Shown: positions 38,759 through 48,687 of the stretch, one piece after another | How positions within the stretch are numbered: position 1 is the stretch's first letter | Layout: each line of letters begins with the position of its first letter | Source of the DNA: Candidatus Woesebacteria bacterium | GTDB lineage: Bacteria > Patescibacteriota > Microgenomatia > UBA8517 | Direction of reading: 5' to 3' | Assembly (NCBI GenBank): GCA_020060565.1 | Contig: JAGVAE010000003.1 | Location: 20,072-84,071, forward strand | Length of the DNA stretch: 64,000 nucleotides | Made by a program: the position numbers and the translations under genes | The notes under the pieces: model-generated | Seen by the model: only the letters and a program-made list of their open reading frames with translations | What the model was told of the DNA's origin: nothing | Database searches by the model: none

Positions 38759-39139
38759 ATGGATATAACAGTTGGTTTATTTAAAAAAGAAATTGGTTCA
38801 GACGGGAAGGCTTCATATGTGATGATTGGAGAAAATCCTCCTGTAATACATTCTGGGATTCGCTATCATGGATTCGACCATTTTAGTAAAAATGATGACT
38901 ATTTCTCTCGAATAAGTAAAGAAACTCTCGGTGTTGAGGTCTTTATGGGAGTAAAACCTGAATATTGTAAGCCAGCAATAGTGCTTGAACCGCAAATATT
39001 TGAGAGTATAGAAGATATGAGAGAGACCATTTTTTATGAAGCCAGAAAATCAGCATTTTATGGTGGACAAATAGAAATTATTGAGGATTTGTTCCCCGTA
39101 GAAGGATCGAGAATTGGAGCAGAGAGAAGCGCTTCGTAA
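38759..39139 (+). CDS. Hypothetical protein
   Basis: A 126-aa ORF with no recognisable motifs. Confidence 0.4.
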   Translation: MDITVGLFKKEIGSDGKASYVMIGENPPVIHSGIRYHGFDHFSKNDDYFSRISKETLGVEVFMGVKPEYCKPAIVLEPQIFESIEDMRETIFYEARKSAFYGGQIEIIEDLFPVEGSRIGAERSAS

Positions 39140-39172
39140 TACTCTTCAAATACCCAGCTTATAGAGTTAACT

Positions 39173-40903
39173 TTGTCGTTATATAATGAATATATGTTGG
39201 GAAATCGCGCAACCAATCTTCAAATTGCAGAACTACTTCGCGATGTAGCAGCTTCATACCAACTTAAGGACGATAACAAGTATAAGTTTCAAATAATTGC
39301 ATATGAAAGAGCAGCAGACGCAGTAGAACACGCCACAAGTGAACTTAAAGACCTTTGGGATGATGGAAAACTGAAAGACGTCCCAGGAATTGGTCCAAGT
39401 ATAGCCCAGCATTTAGGTGAGATATTTCAAAACGGTAAATCTCAACATTTTGAAGATTTAATGAAAGGAATTCCCAAAGAAGCCTTCAAACTAATGGAAC
39501 TACCAGGTATTGGAATCAAAACCGCCCTTCGATTAATCACTCAGGGTAAACCTTCTGAAGTTGAGAAATTGTTAGACCAGGTTAAAGAAAGATCAAAAGT
39601 TGCCAAACGCCACCTTCTTCCATATGCTACACATGTAGCTTCCCAGATAATTGATTGGATGCTGACTAATCCTAAAATCAAGCGTGTAGACCCACTAGGA
39701 AGCTTAAGACGCCAGGCTGCAACAGTTGGGGATATTGACTTAGCCTGTGTAACTGATGACGGGGCAGACGCACTTAATCATTTTACTAAGTATCCAGAAA
39801 CGCAAAAGATAATAGAAAAAGGGGAGCACGCAGCCTCAATTCTTCTTCCAGGCAATGTCCAGGTAGATATGATGGTTCAGCCCGAAGAAACCTATGGATC
39901 ACTTCTTCAGCATTTTACAGGCAGTAAACACCACAATATTGCCATCAGGGAATATGCTCTTAAAAAAGGATTGAGTCTAAGTGAGTATGGGATCAAGCAG
40001 TTAAAAGGTAAAAGGCAAGAGGTAAAAGCTTTTAAAACAGAGAGAGAATTTTATAATTATCTTGGATTTGATTACATAGAGCCTGAGCTTCGCGAGGATA
40101 GTGATGAATTAGATTCAGCACTTAATCATACCTTACCAAATCTAGTTAACCTAAAGGATATTAAAGCGGATCTACAAATCCATTCAGATTTTAATATTGA
40201 AACAAGTCATGATTTAGGAGAAAGTTCCATGGAAGACCTTGTGAAAAAGGGAAGTGAACTTGGTTATGAGTATTTAGCATTTACTGAACATAATCCAAGT
40301 CAAAAAGGACACACAGATAATGATATTGTGGAAATACTCAAAAGAAAGCGTGAAAAAGTAGATCAACTTAATTACTCAATTCAAGAGAAGGGGATTGGTA
40401 GTGTAAAAAAAGTGTTCAATAGCCTTGAGATTGATATCAAACCCGATGGGAGTCTACCAGTTCCAGAAACTGGTCTTAATACTTTAGATTTTGTTTTGGT
40501 TTCACTTCATTCAAGTTTTGATTTAGAACGTAGCATTCAAACAAAAAGGGTTTTGACTGCCCTAGCCCACCCCAAAGCAAAAATTTTTGCCCATCCCACA
40601 GGTAGAAAGCTTAACGAGCGAGAAGGAGCAGAGCTAAATTGGCCTGAGATATTTGATTTTTGTTTAAAAAGGAATAAATGGATTGAAATTAATTGTGACC
40701 CAATGCGATTGGATCTTCCCGACACTCTAGTTCATGAAGCCGTGAAACTTGGTGTGAAATTAACACTAGGAACCGATGCACATCATAAAGATGGATTAAA
40801 CAACATGGTCTGGGGAGTATCAGTTGCTAGGCGCGGATGGTCAGAAAAGAAAGATATAGTTAATACTAGAACCTTGAAAGAATTTGAAGAAATGTTAATA
40901 TAA
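39173..40903 (+). CDS. polX: DNA polymerase X family protein with a C-terminal PHP phosphoesterase domain
   Basis: HhH motifs (LKDVPGIGPSIAQHL; LPGIGIKTALRL); Pol-beta nucleotidyltransferase core GSLRRQAATVGDIDLACV; C-terminal PHP domain (LQIHSDFNIETSHD...FTEHNP...GTDAHH). Confidence 0.8.
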   Translation: MSLYNEYMLGNRATNLQIAELLRDVAASYQLKDDNKYKFQIIAYERAADAVEHATSELKDLWDDGKLKDVPGIGPSIAQHLGEIFQNGKSQHFEDLMKGIPKEAFKLMELPGIGIKTALRLITQGKPSEVEKLLDQVKERSKVAKRHLLPYATHVASQIIDWMLTNPKIKRVDPLGSLRRQAATVGDIDLACVTDDGADALNHFTKYPETQKIIEKGEHAASILLPGNVQVDMMVQPEETYGSLLQHFTGSKHHNIAIREYALKKGLSLSEYGIKQLKGKRQEVKAFKTEREFYNYLGFDYIEPELREDSDELDSALNHTLPNLVNLKDIKADLQIHSDFNIETSHDLGESSMEDLVKKGSELGYEYLAFTEHNPSQKGHTDNDIVEILKRKREKVDQLNYSIQEKGIGSVKKVFNSLEIDIKPDGSLPVPETGLNTLDFVLVSLHSSFDLERSIQTKRVLTALAHPKAKIFAHPTGRKLNEREGAELNWPEIFDFCLKRNKWIEINCDPMRLDLPDTLVHEAVKLGVKLTLGTDAHHKDGLNNMVWGVSVARRGWSEKKDIVNTRTLKEFEEMLI

Positions 40904-40928
40904 TAGTTCGGAGGGAGGTGAATAAATA

Positions 40929-41510
40929 ATGATTTACGCAATTTTAGCAGTCGTTTTAATAATTGTTATGTGGATTATCTCCACTTATAACTTTTTTGTC
41001 TCAACAAAAACAAGAATTGGAGCTTCCATTCAAGAAATTGGTAATCAGCTTAAACGTCAGTCTGAACTTATTCCTAACCTAATTTCATCAGCAAAGGGAT
41101 ATCTTGCTCACGAAAAAGGAATTTTTGATGAATTAAGCAATGCCAGGCGTGCAATTTCAAAAGCCGTTGAATCAGGTAATGTAGGTAAAATGGCAGATGC
41201 AGGCAAAATGCTCTCTGACGTATTACCCAAGATTCAAGTAGTAGTTGAGAGTAATCCCGAAATAAAAGGAAGTGAAGTTGTTAAAAGCTTAATGGATGAT
41301 TTGCGCGATACATCAGACAAAGTGATGTATGCCAGACGATTACTTATTGATTTAACAGCTGACTACAACGTCAAAAGAGTTACAGTTCCAAGTAGTATTG
41401 TAGCGGGAATGTTTCACTTTGAAGCCATGAAGGGTTTACAAACACCAAACTCAGAAAATTCATTGAATGTGAGTGAGGATGAAATGAAAACCCCCAAGGT
41501 TGATCTTTAA
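40929..41510 (+). CDS. lemA: LemA family protein
   Basis: N-terminal TM segment plus the LemA core (QEIGNQLKRQSELIPNLISSAKGYLAHEKGIFDELSNARRA). Confidence 0.75.
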   Translation: MIYAILAVVLIIVMWIISTYNFFVSTKTRIGASIQEIGNQLKRQSELIPNLISSAKGYLAHEKGIFDELSNARRAISKAVESGNVGKMADAGKMLSDVLPKIQVVVESNPEIKGSEVVKSLMDDLRDTSDKVMYARRLLIDLTADYNVKRVTVPSSIVAGMFHFEAMKGLQTPNSENSLNVSEDEMKTPKVDL

Positions 41511-41529
41511 TTAGATCTTTCAAAATAAC

Positions 41530-42465
41530 TTGAAAAACATTTACGAGGTTCGACAGAGTAATAAGATTAAAAGCGCAGTGATTGTTGTGCTGTTTGTTGT
41601 GTTTGTTTTTGTTGCAGCCTACATAATTACCCGTGCTTTAGGATATTACATAGGTTATGAACCGGGTGGCTTTGGCTACTTTGGAGTTGCACTAATTGTT
41701 TCTGGAGTATCCAGTTTTGTTAGTTATTACTTCTCAGATCAAATAGTTCTGGGGATTTCAGGAGCTAGAAAAGCTCACCCAATTGAAGATAAACTATTTA
41801 CCTCAGTATCCGAAAACCTCTGTATTGGAGCAGGACTTCCTAGGCCAAAACTATATGTTATAGAGGATTCTGCTCCAAATGCATTTGCAACAGGACGCGA
41901 CCCTGACCATGCAGTAATTTGTGCAACAACAGGACTTCTTACCAAACTTAATAGAACCGAGCTTGAAGGAGTTATTGCTCACGAGCTTTCCCATATAAAA
42001 AATTACGATATTCGCTTAATGTCAGTAGTATCTGTCATGGTTGGCTTAATTGCTCTTCTTGGGGATTGGTTTCTAAGGACAACCTGGCTTGGAGGGCGTG
42101 GAAATAGCCGTGAAAGCAAAGACAATGGATTGGGTGCAATACTCTTAATATTGGGACTTGTTTTTGCCCTTCTTTCGCCCTTAATTGCTCAACTAATCCA
42201 ACTGGCCATTTCAAGACGCCGTGAATTTACAGCAGATGCGGGAAGTGTGGAAATTACAAGACAACCACAAGGACTAATCTCAGCCCTCAAAAAAATTTCA
42301 GAAGACCATGAACCTTTGGAAGCCGCCAATAAAGCAACTGCACATCTTTACATAGTTAATCCATTTAAAGATAAATCAGGTCGCTCTGTAGAAAAACTTG
42401 CAGGACTGTTTAATACCCACCCACCCCTTGCAGAAAGAATTAAAACGCTTCAGGAAATGAGTTAA
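41530..42465 (+). CDS. htpX: M48 family zinc metalloprotease HtpX homolog
   Basis: HEXXH (IAHELSHIKNYD), 4 TM segments, C-terminal NTHPPLAERI. The LemA-HtpX pairing is common. Confidence 0.8.
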   Translation: MKNIYEVRQSNKIKSAVIVVLFVVFVFVAAYIITRALGYYIGYEPGGFGYFGVALIVSGVSSFVSYYFSDQIVLGISGARKAHPIEDKLFTSVSENLCIGAGLPRPKLYVIEDSAPNAFATGRDPDHAVICATTGLLTKLNRTELEGVIAHELSHIKNYDIRLMSVVSVMVGLIALLGDWFLRTTWLGGRGNSRESKDNGLGAILLILGLVFALLSPLIAQLIQLAISRRREFTADAGSVEITRQPQGLISALKKISEDHEPLEAANKATAHLYIVNPFKDKSGRSVEKLAGLFNTHPPLAERIKTLQEMS

Positions 42466-42471
42466 AGGAGT

Positions 42472-42780
42472 TTAAAAGGTGTAAATAGAAATAAATGTAT
42501 GTTCTATTCGGTCACCAGGCTTAATTTTTTTACTCCCAAGAAATGGTTTTCCAGAGAAATACCCATTAAGTGTTACAAATTTATCGAAATAGGTAGGGTC
42601 AACTAGTTTGTTGATATGTGTATTTTTATCTAGGTCTACCAATATTGTACGTACCACAGCAAGAACACTTTTATTTTGTTTAAAAGCATCTGTTGCCATA
42701 TCTATGTCACTAAATTCAAAAAAAGCTTTTAGAAACCGATCTGTGTCGCCTAGGTGCTCATAAGGAAGAATTTCACTCAT
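42472..42780 (-). CDS. Hypothetical protein
   Basis: A 102-aa ORF from the ATG at 42780. The same frame stays open about 50 codons further upstream without an ATG/GTG/TTG, so the N-terminus is uncertain. Confidence 0.35.
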   Translation of the reverse strand: MSEILPYEHLGDTDRFLKAFFEFSDIDMATDAFKQNKSVLAVVRTILVDLDKNTHINKLVDPTYFDKFVTLNGYFSGKPFLGSKKIKPGDRIEHTFISIYTF

Positions 42781-43041
42781 TTTTTTTCTGAAAATATTGT
42801 CTTTTAATTCGCTTTCAGTGCAAATTCTTTTGGGGTCTATATGTAAGATAGATGCTAGTTCTTCCGCATAGATTACAGTTTTTTTTATTATATCCAGGAA
42901 AAAATAAAATATCGGGAAGTCCTTGTGACACTTCTTCTGGAATATGTCTTATACCTGGTTCCATGTGCGCATTGTACTACACCATTATTAGTTTTCAATA
43001 ATCATATTAAGGCACTTCAAAATATGATGTAAAATGGCTTT

Positions 43042-43482
43042 GTGAGTAAACGAAAGCGTCAAACAGCGTCGTTCATTAAGTATCTTAGAACCTCCTATAC
43101 AAGGAAAGATCATAAAAAAGGAATCTTTGGAAAACACTTCTATTTATCAGAAAACAATAGGGTTACGAGAGTATATGAAAAGATAGAAACTGGTAAGATA
43201 ACTGAAGTAGTTTGTGTTTCTTTGGATATAAACATATCAGCAAACTGGGAGACAATTGTTTATTACGACAATGTCCATGGGAGTTTACATAGACACGAAA
43301 GATTGTCGATTGAAGATAAATCTGATTCGATAGTATCTATTGGAATAAGGCAGAAAGGCACAGTTAGAAGATTGTTAAAATGGGCTATTAAGGATATTTC
43401 GTTAAATTATACTAATTACAAGAAAAGATTTCTCAAGCGAAGCAATTATTCAAAGAGTAAGATTTTGGAAAATTTGTACTAG
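43042..43482 (+). CDS. Hypothetical basic protein
   Basis: A 146-aa, Lys/Arg-rich ORF with no recognisable motifs. Confidence 0.35.
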   Translation: MSKRKRQTASFIKYLRTSYTRKDHKKGIFGKHFYLSENNRVTRVYEKIETGKITEVVCVSLDINISANWETIVYYDNVHGSLHRHERLSIEDKSDSIVSIGIRQKGTVRRLLKWAIKDISLNYTNYKKRFLKRSNYSKSKILENLY

Positions 43483-43502
43483 GTGTTATTATTAGTATAG
43501 AA

Positions 43503-43754
43503 ATGTCTAAAAAGGTACAATTTGAAACAAATTTAAAGCTGTCAGATAAACTTACAGCTTATATTTCTAGCCACCCATCCCTACTTAAAAAACATGGAGA
43601 GAGTTCCTATGTCTTGTTTGTAGAAGGGAATGAAGAATTGAATGAAATGAACACTAAACTGTTGGAAAATATCAAATCTAGCGAAAAATCTGTAATTAAG
43701 GCTACACATACAACTAACAAGAAAAACCCCTGGAAGTTTGAGTTTGCTTATTAA
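43503..43754 (+). CDS. Hypothetical small protein
   Basis: An 83-aa ORF starting 20 nt after the preceding ORF. No recognisable motifs. Confidence 0.3.
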   Translation: MSKKVQFETNLKLSDKLTAYISSHPSLLKKHGESSYVLFVEGNEELNEMNTKLLENIKSSEKSVIKATHTTNKKNPWKFEFAY

Positions 43755-43799
43755 TTTGATCTTCTTGCTTCAGAGCGTGTTTCATTTTAAGATACTAGT

Positions 43800-44108
43800 A
43801 TGGCAAGGCTTACAAAAGCAGATGTTTTGCATGTTGCAAGACTAGCAAAATTAAACCTAACAGATAATGAAATTAAAAAGTTTCTTCCTCAGCTTTCTTC
43901 TATTGTAGATTATATAAGTGAGCTTGAAAAAGTTGACACTAAGAATATTGAACCAACAAGCCAGACCACTGGACTTACCAATGTTTTTAGGGGGGATGAT
44001 ATAAAATTAAGCTCAATTGATCAAAATAAGGCACTATCAGGAACAGACAAAACCCACAATGGTTATTTCAAAGTCCCAGCAATCTTAGAAGGAAGGAGTG
44101 ACAAATGA
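43800..44108 (+). CDS. gatC: Asp-tRNA(Asn)/Glu-tRNA(Gln) amidotransferase subunit C
   Basis: VLHVARLAKLNLTDNEIKKFLPQLSSIVDYISELEKVDT matches GatC. Directly upstream of gatA with an ATGA overlap. Confidence 0.8.
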   Translation: MARLTKADVLHVARLAKLNLTDNEIKKFLPQLSSIVDYISELEKVDTKNIEPTSQTTGLTNVFRGDDIKLSSIDQNKALSGTDKTHNGYFKVPAILEGRSDK

Positions 44109-45478
44109 ATACAATACCTTTTACAATCAGAGAGACAAAAGAGGGGCTTCTAGCTAAAAAGTTTTCTGCAGTAGAACTTGTTGACGAATACCTCTCACGT
44201 ATCGAAAAAAATAAAGATCTTAACGCATTCCTAACTATTTCAGATGAAGTTGCATATAAAAAAGCCAAAGAACTTGAATCAAATTTAGAAGATTTACCTC
44301 TTTTGGGAACGGTGGTGGCACACAAAGATTTATTTTTAACAGAAGGAGTAAGAACTACAGCAGCATCAAAAGTTTTGGAAAGCTACGTTCCAGCCTATTC
44401 ATCTACCGTGGTTGAGCGAATGGAAAAAGCAGGTGCAATAATGATCGGCAAAACCAATTGTGATGCTTGGGCTCACGGCGCAAGTGGAGAAAATTCTGAT
44501 TTCAGTCCAACTAAAAATCCATGGAATAAAAAACATGTTCCAGGTGGATCAAGCAGTGGCTCAGCCGCTTCAGTTGCTGCGGGTTTATCACTTGTTGCAA
44601 CAGGAACAGATACGGGAGGATCAATAAGAGAACCTGCAAATTTCTGTGGAGTTGTAGGATTTAAGCCCACATATGGAGCAGTTTCAAGATATGGCGTAAT
44701 TGCAATGTCCTCATCACTGGATAGTATTGGTTCATTTGGTCACACAGTAGAAGATGTTGAAACAATTTTCAATGTTGTTAAAGGTCCAGACGGCTTTGAC
44801 AGTACCGTTACTAATGGCCAATCACTAATTACTAATCGCAAATTTAGAATTGGAATTCCCAAGGAATATTTTATCGACGGGTTAGATCGTGAAGTAGAAA
44901 AGTCGGTTCTTACAGCTTCTCAAGTATTTAAAGATAATGGAATAGAACTAGTAGATATTAGTCTTCCTAATACGAAATACGCCATTGATGTTTATTATAT
45001 AGTTCAGCCAGCTGAGGTTTCTTCAAATTTAGGTAGGTATGATGGAATAAGATATGGAAATGGCCGTGACTTGTTCGGAGCAGAGGCAAAAAGAAGAATA
45101 ATGCTTGGAACTTACGTATTATCCGCCGGTTATTACGATGCCTACTATCTCAAAGCTCAAAAGGTAAGATCACTTCTAATCCAGGATTTTGATAATGTTT
45201 TTGAAAAAGTTGATGCGATAATAGCACCCGTTTCACCTACCCCTGCATTTAAGCTAGAAGAGAAAGCAGCTGATCCTTTACAAATGTACTTAGCTGATAT
45301 TTTTACAGTATCAGCAAACCTAGTAGGAATTCCAGGTCTTGCGGTTCCTTCAGGATTTAATTCAGAAAATCTTCCATTAGGATTTCAGCTTATGGCACCG
45401 CGTTTTTGCGAAAGTACTCTTTTTGAATTAGGAAAACTTTATCAAAAGTCGGTCAGTTATGTTCCAAAACTACCATGA
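44105..45478 (+). CDS. gatA: Glutamyl-tRNA(Gln) amidotransferase subunit A
   Basis: Amidase signature GGSSSGSAASVAAG; catalytic region KTNCDAWAHGASGENS. Confidence 0.85.
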   Translation: MNTIPFTIRETKEGLLAKKFSAVELVDEYLSRIEKNKDLNAFLTISDEVAYKKAKELESNLEDLPLLGTVVAHKDLFLTEGVRTTAASKVLESYVPAYSSTVVERMEKAGAIMIGKTNCDAWAHGASGENSDFSPTKNPWNKKHVPGGSSSGSAASVAAGLSLVATGTDTGGSIREPANFCGVVGFKPTYGAVSRYGVIAMSSSLDSIGSFGHTVEDVETIFNVVKGPDGFDSTVTNGQSLITNRKFRIGIPKEYFIDGLDREVEKSVLTASQVFKDNGIELVDISLPNTKYAIDVYYIVQPAEVSSNLGRYDGIRYGNGRDLFGAEAKRRIMLGTYVLSAGYYDAYYLKAQKVRSLLIQDFDNVFEKVDAIIAPVSPTPAFKLEEKAADPLQMYLADIFTVSANLVGIPGLAVPSGFNSENLPLGFQLMAPRFCESTLFELGKLYQKSVSYVPKLP

Positions 45479-46746
45479 TAGCTGAATTTAAATCAATATT
45501 TAAAAAACCGGGATTTATGTATTTATGGGGGTCTCAAATATTTTCTCAAGTAACAATACACATGTTGAATTTTTTGCTTTTGGCTCATCTGTATGAAGCA
45601 ACAAATTCAACTATAGCCACATCCCTCCTCTGGGTAGCATACGCTCTTCCTGCTCTTTTTATTGGACCAATTGGAGCCGCAAGCGTTGATCTTGTGAGTC
45701 GTCGTAAAACTCTAATGATAGCTAATCTTTTACAGGCTTTAACAGTTTTTGTATACATATTTATAAACCAACAATCGATTTTTATTCTTTATGCAATTGC
45801 ATTAATTTATTCATCTTTAAATCAATTTTATGGCCCAGCCGAACTCGCCACCTTACCTGGTACGGTTGGTAAGAAAATGTTAGCCAGAGCAAATAGTCTT
45901 TTTTTCACAACTTCCCAAGCAGCACTCATATTAGGTTTTGGATTTGCAGGAATTTTACAAAAACTGATTGGATTTAATGGCACATTAATTCTTGCAACAA
46001 CACTTCTGTTTTTGGCCTTTGTAAGTGTTAGTTTTTTGACTGAAGTGAAACCAAAGAAAAAACTACCTGTCGAGTTTGAAAAGGTATTAAAAACATTTTT
46101 TAATACTATTGTCGAAGGCTATGTATTTATTAAATCTAATAAAACCGTCCTATTTCCCTTACTTATTCTTCTGGGTATTCAAGCAACCCTAGCTATTATG
46201 CTTGTAAATTTACCCGTAATTGCTGCACAAATTTTAAATATCTCAGTCAGTTATTCAGGAGTTTCTTTAGTTGTTCCAGCGGGAATTGGTGCTTTGTTGG
46301 GAGCTACCTATATTCCAAGCTTAATTAAAAAAGGGTGGAGAAAGAAAAGATTAATAGATGCGGGTTTGATTATTACGGTTATTGCATTAGTAGCCATGGC
46401 CATTGGAATTCCACTCCTACCAATAGCAGTCAGGTTAACGTTTACGTCTTTTCTGATTATTGCTACAGGTATCGCCTTTGTAGCAATAAATATTCCTGCC
46501 CTTACTTTTTTGCAGGAGTCTACACCCCAATGGTTTAGAGGTAGAGTATTCGGAAATCTTTGGTTTATGACCTCCATTATTAGTATTATTCCTGTTCTTT
46601 TTACAGGAGCCATTTCAGAAATATTTGGTGTAAAAACGCTTTTAGTTTTAATGGCCGCAGGAATCCTTTTTGTATTTCTTTATTCTAAAAAAAGAGGACA
46701 AATTTTAATTGTTACTCACTTAAACTCAAATGGAAAACAAAAGTAA
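45475..46746 (+). CDS. MFS transporter
   Basis: 423 aa with about 12 TM segments and an MFS-like loop between TM2 and TM3. Inserted between gatA and gatB. Confidence 0.6.
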   Translation: MIAEFKSIFKKPGFMYLWGSQIFSQVTIHMLNFLLLAHLYEATNSTIATSLLWVAYALPALFIGPIGAASVDLVSRRKTLMIANLLQALTVFVYIFINQQSIFILYAIALIYSSLNQFYGPAELATLPGTVGKKMLARANSLFFTTSQAALILGFGFAGILQKLIGFNGTLILATTLLFLAFVSVSFLTEVKPKKKLPVEFEKVLKTFFNTIVEGYVFIKSNKTVLFPLLILLGIQATLAIMLVNLPVIAAQILNISVSYSGVSLVVPAGIGALLGATYIPSLIKKGWRKKRLIDAGLIITVIALVAMAIGIPLLPIAVRLTFTSFLIIATGIAFVAINIPALTFLQESTPQWFRGRVFGNLWFMTSIISIIPVLFTGAISEIFGVKTLLVLMAAGILFVFLYSKKRGQILIVTHLNSNGKQK

Positions 46747-48061
46747 ATATACACCAGTAATTGGTTTGGAAGTACATATAGAGCTTTCTACTATTACAAA
46801 GCTTTTCTGCAGCTGTTCCTCTGATCACTTTGCAAAGAGGCCCAATACACAAGTTTGCCCTGTTTGCATGGGTCTTCCTGGTGCATTACCTTGCACAAAC
46901 TATGATGCTGTGGTTTCAACGATTAAATTTGGACTTGCAATGGGGTCAAGGATAAATTTATTTAGTAAATTTGATAGAAAACACTATTTTTATCCAGATC
47001 TCCCTAAAAGCTATCAAATTTCTCAATACGATTTACCCTTTTGTGTAGGAGGAAGCCTGAATAACAAAAAAATCACAAGAGTTCATTTAGAAGAAGATAC
47101 AGGCAAGCTTGTACATGAAACAATAGATGGAGTAAAATGTTCCCTAATTGATTTTAATAGAAGCTCTGTTCCTCTCATGGAAATGGTTACAGAACCTGAT
47201 TTCCACGACACAGAAAGTGTTGTAGCCTTCCTAAAAGAAGTTCAGCTAATAGCCAGATACCTTGGGATAAGTAATGCTGATATGGAAAAGGGTAGCATGA
47301 GATTGGAGGCAAACATATCATTAGCGAATAGCGAAGAGCGAATAGCGAATAGGTTGCCAAATTACAAAGTAGAACTAAAAAATATAAACTCATTTAGATT
47401 TCTTGATAAGGCTATAAAGGCAGAAATACTAAGACAAGAGGAACTACTTCTTAAGGGAGAGGTTATTTCTCAAGAAACCAGAGGGTATGATGAAATAAAG
47501 CAAACAACCTACCTCCAAAGAGTTAAAGAAGAAGCTAATGATTATAGATATTTCCCAGAACCAGACCTTCCCCCAATTAGGTTTACCCAAGATCAGGTAG
47601 AGAATATCAGAAGCCAGATTCCAGAACTACCCAGTCAAAAAAGAGAAAAGATTGAAAAAGTATACGGTCTATCTAAAGACTTCGCAGATATTTTAGTATC
47701 AGACCAAAAGAGAGCAAAGTATTTTGAAGAAGCCCTTCGCCAAGCTCAGGGTAAACCAATGGTAACTGCAAAGATGGTTGCAGACTTAATGATAAACAAA
47801 AAACTAGACAAGGAATTTCCAGAACCAGCAGGACTAATTAGAAGAATACTGGAAATCTCGAACGTAAAGTATTCATCGAATGAAGAGGTTGATAATGCCG
47901 TGAAAAGTGTAATAATGACGAATGAAAAAGCAGTTAATGATTATAAGGCAGGAAACGGCAACGTTATTGGATTTTTGATGGGAATGGTACAAAAAGAATT
48001 AAATGGAAAAGGCAATGCACAAACGGTTCGTGAGAAATTATTAAAAAAATTACAAGAATGA
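46730..48061 (+). CDS. gatB: Asp-tRNA(Asn)/Glu-tRNA(Gln) amidotransferase subunit B
   Basis: N-terminal PVIGLEVHIELSTITKLFCSCS and GatB core motifs. Confidence 0.8.
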   Translation: MENKSKYTPVIGLEVHIELSTITKLFCSCSSDHFAKRPNTQVCPVCMGLPGALPCTNYDAVVSTIKFGLAMGSRINLFSKFDRKHYFYPDLPKSYQISQYDLPFCVGGSLNNKKITRVHLEEDTGKLVHETIDGVKCSLIDFNRSSVPLMEMVTEPDFHDTESVVAFLKEVQLIARYLGISNADMEKGSMRLEANISLANSEERIANRLPNYKVELKNINSFRFLDKAIKAEILRQEELLLKGEVISQETRGYDEIKQTTYLQRVKEEANDYRYFPEPDLPPIRFTQDQVENIRSQIPELPSQKREKIEKVYGLSKDFADILVSDQKRAKYFEEALRQAQGKPMVTAKMVADLMINKKLDKEFPEPAGLIRRILEISNVKYSSNEEVDNAVKSVIMTNEKAVNDYKAGNGNVIGFLMGMVQKELNGKGNAQTVREKLLKKLQE

Positions 48062-48687
48062 CAGATAAAGGATCAGAATTTAAATATGAAGCAGCAACTT
48101 TAGCAAATCTTCATCTTGGAGAAGCAAAAGTAAGTATGGATGATGAAATTGTAAAAGATAGAGGAAAGAGAGTTTTGGGTACAGACAGAGGTGCTTTTAC
48201 TTTGAGAACTTACGAAGTTGCGCAAGAGTCAATGGTTGATAAGCTGACAGGATTACTAAACAGAAAGGGTTACGAACACGAAATGAATAAATTTTATGAT
48301 TACTATAAACGTACTAGAGGGAGTTTTTGGATAGCCATGCTAGATTTAGATAATTTTAAAGGAATTAATGACACAAAGGGACATGTTTATGGAGATAATG
48401 TATTAAAAAGTTTTGGCAGATCAATTCAAGAGAGATTTAGAAAAGGTGATATATGTGGGAGATATGGTGGTGATGAAGCAATAATTATGTTGACCACAGG
48501 ATTACTCAATCCTGAAGATATTGACTTGGAAGAGAAAGACATTTCAGATCAACTTGCAAACAAAATTGGGACTGGGGTTAGTATAGGAATAGTTAAATGG
48601 GACGGTAGATCAACATTGGAAGATACTATCCAACAAGCAGATAATAAACTTTATCAAAATAAGAAGATGAGAAAAATCCAGGAATAA
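48058..48687 (+). CDS. Small GGDEF-domain protein with a variant GGDEA motif
   Basis: LTGLLNRKGY...FWIAMLDLDNFKGINDTKGHVYGDNVLKSFG...RKGDICGRYGGDEAIIML. The I-site-like RKGD lies 5 residues upstream of GGDEA. 209 aa, with no sensor domain. Confidence 0.7.
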   Translation: MTDKGSEFKYEAATLANLHLGEAKVSMDDEIVKDRGKRVLGTDRGAFTLRTYEVAQESMVDKLTGLLNRKGYEHEMNKFYDYYKRTRGSFWIAMLDLDNFKGINDTKGHVYGDNVLKSFGRSIQERFRKGDICGRYGGDEAIIMLTTGLLNPEDIDLEEKDISDQLANKIGTGVSIGIVKWDGRSTLEDTIQQADNKLYQNKKMRKIQE

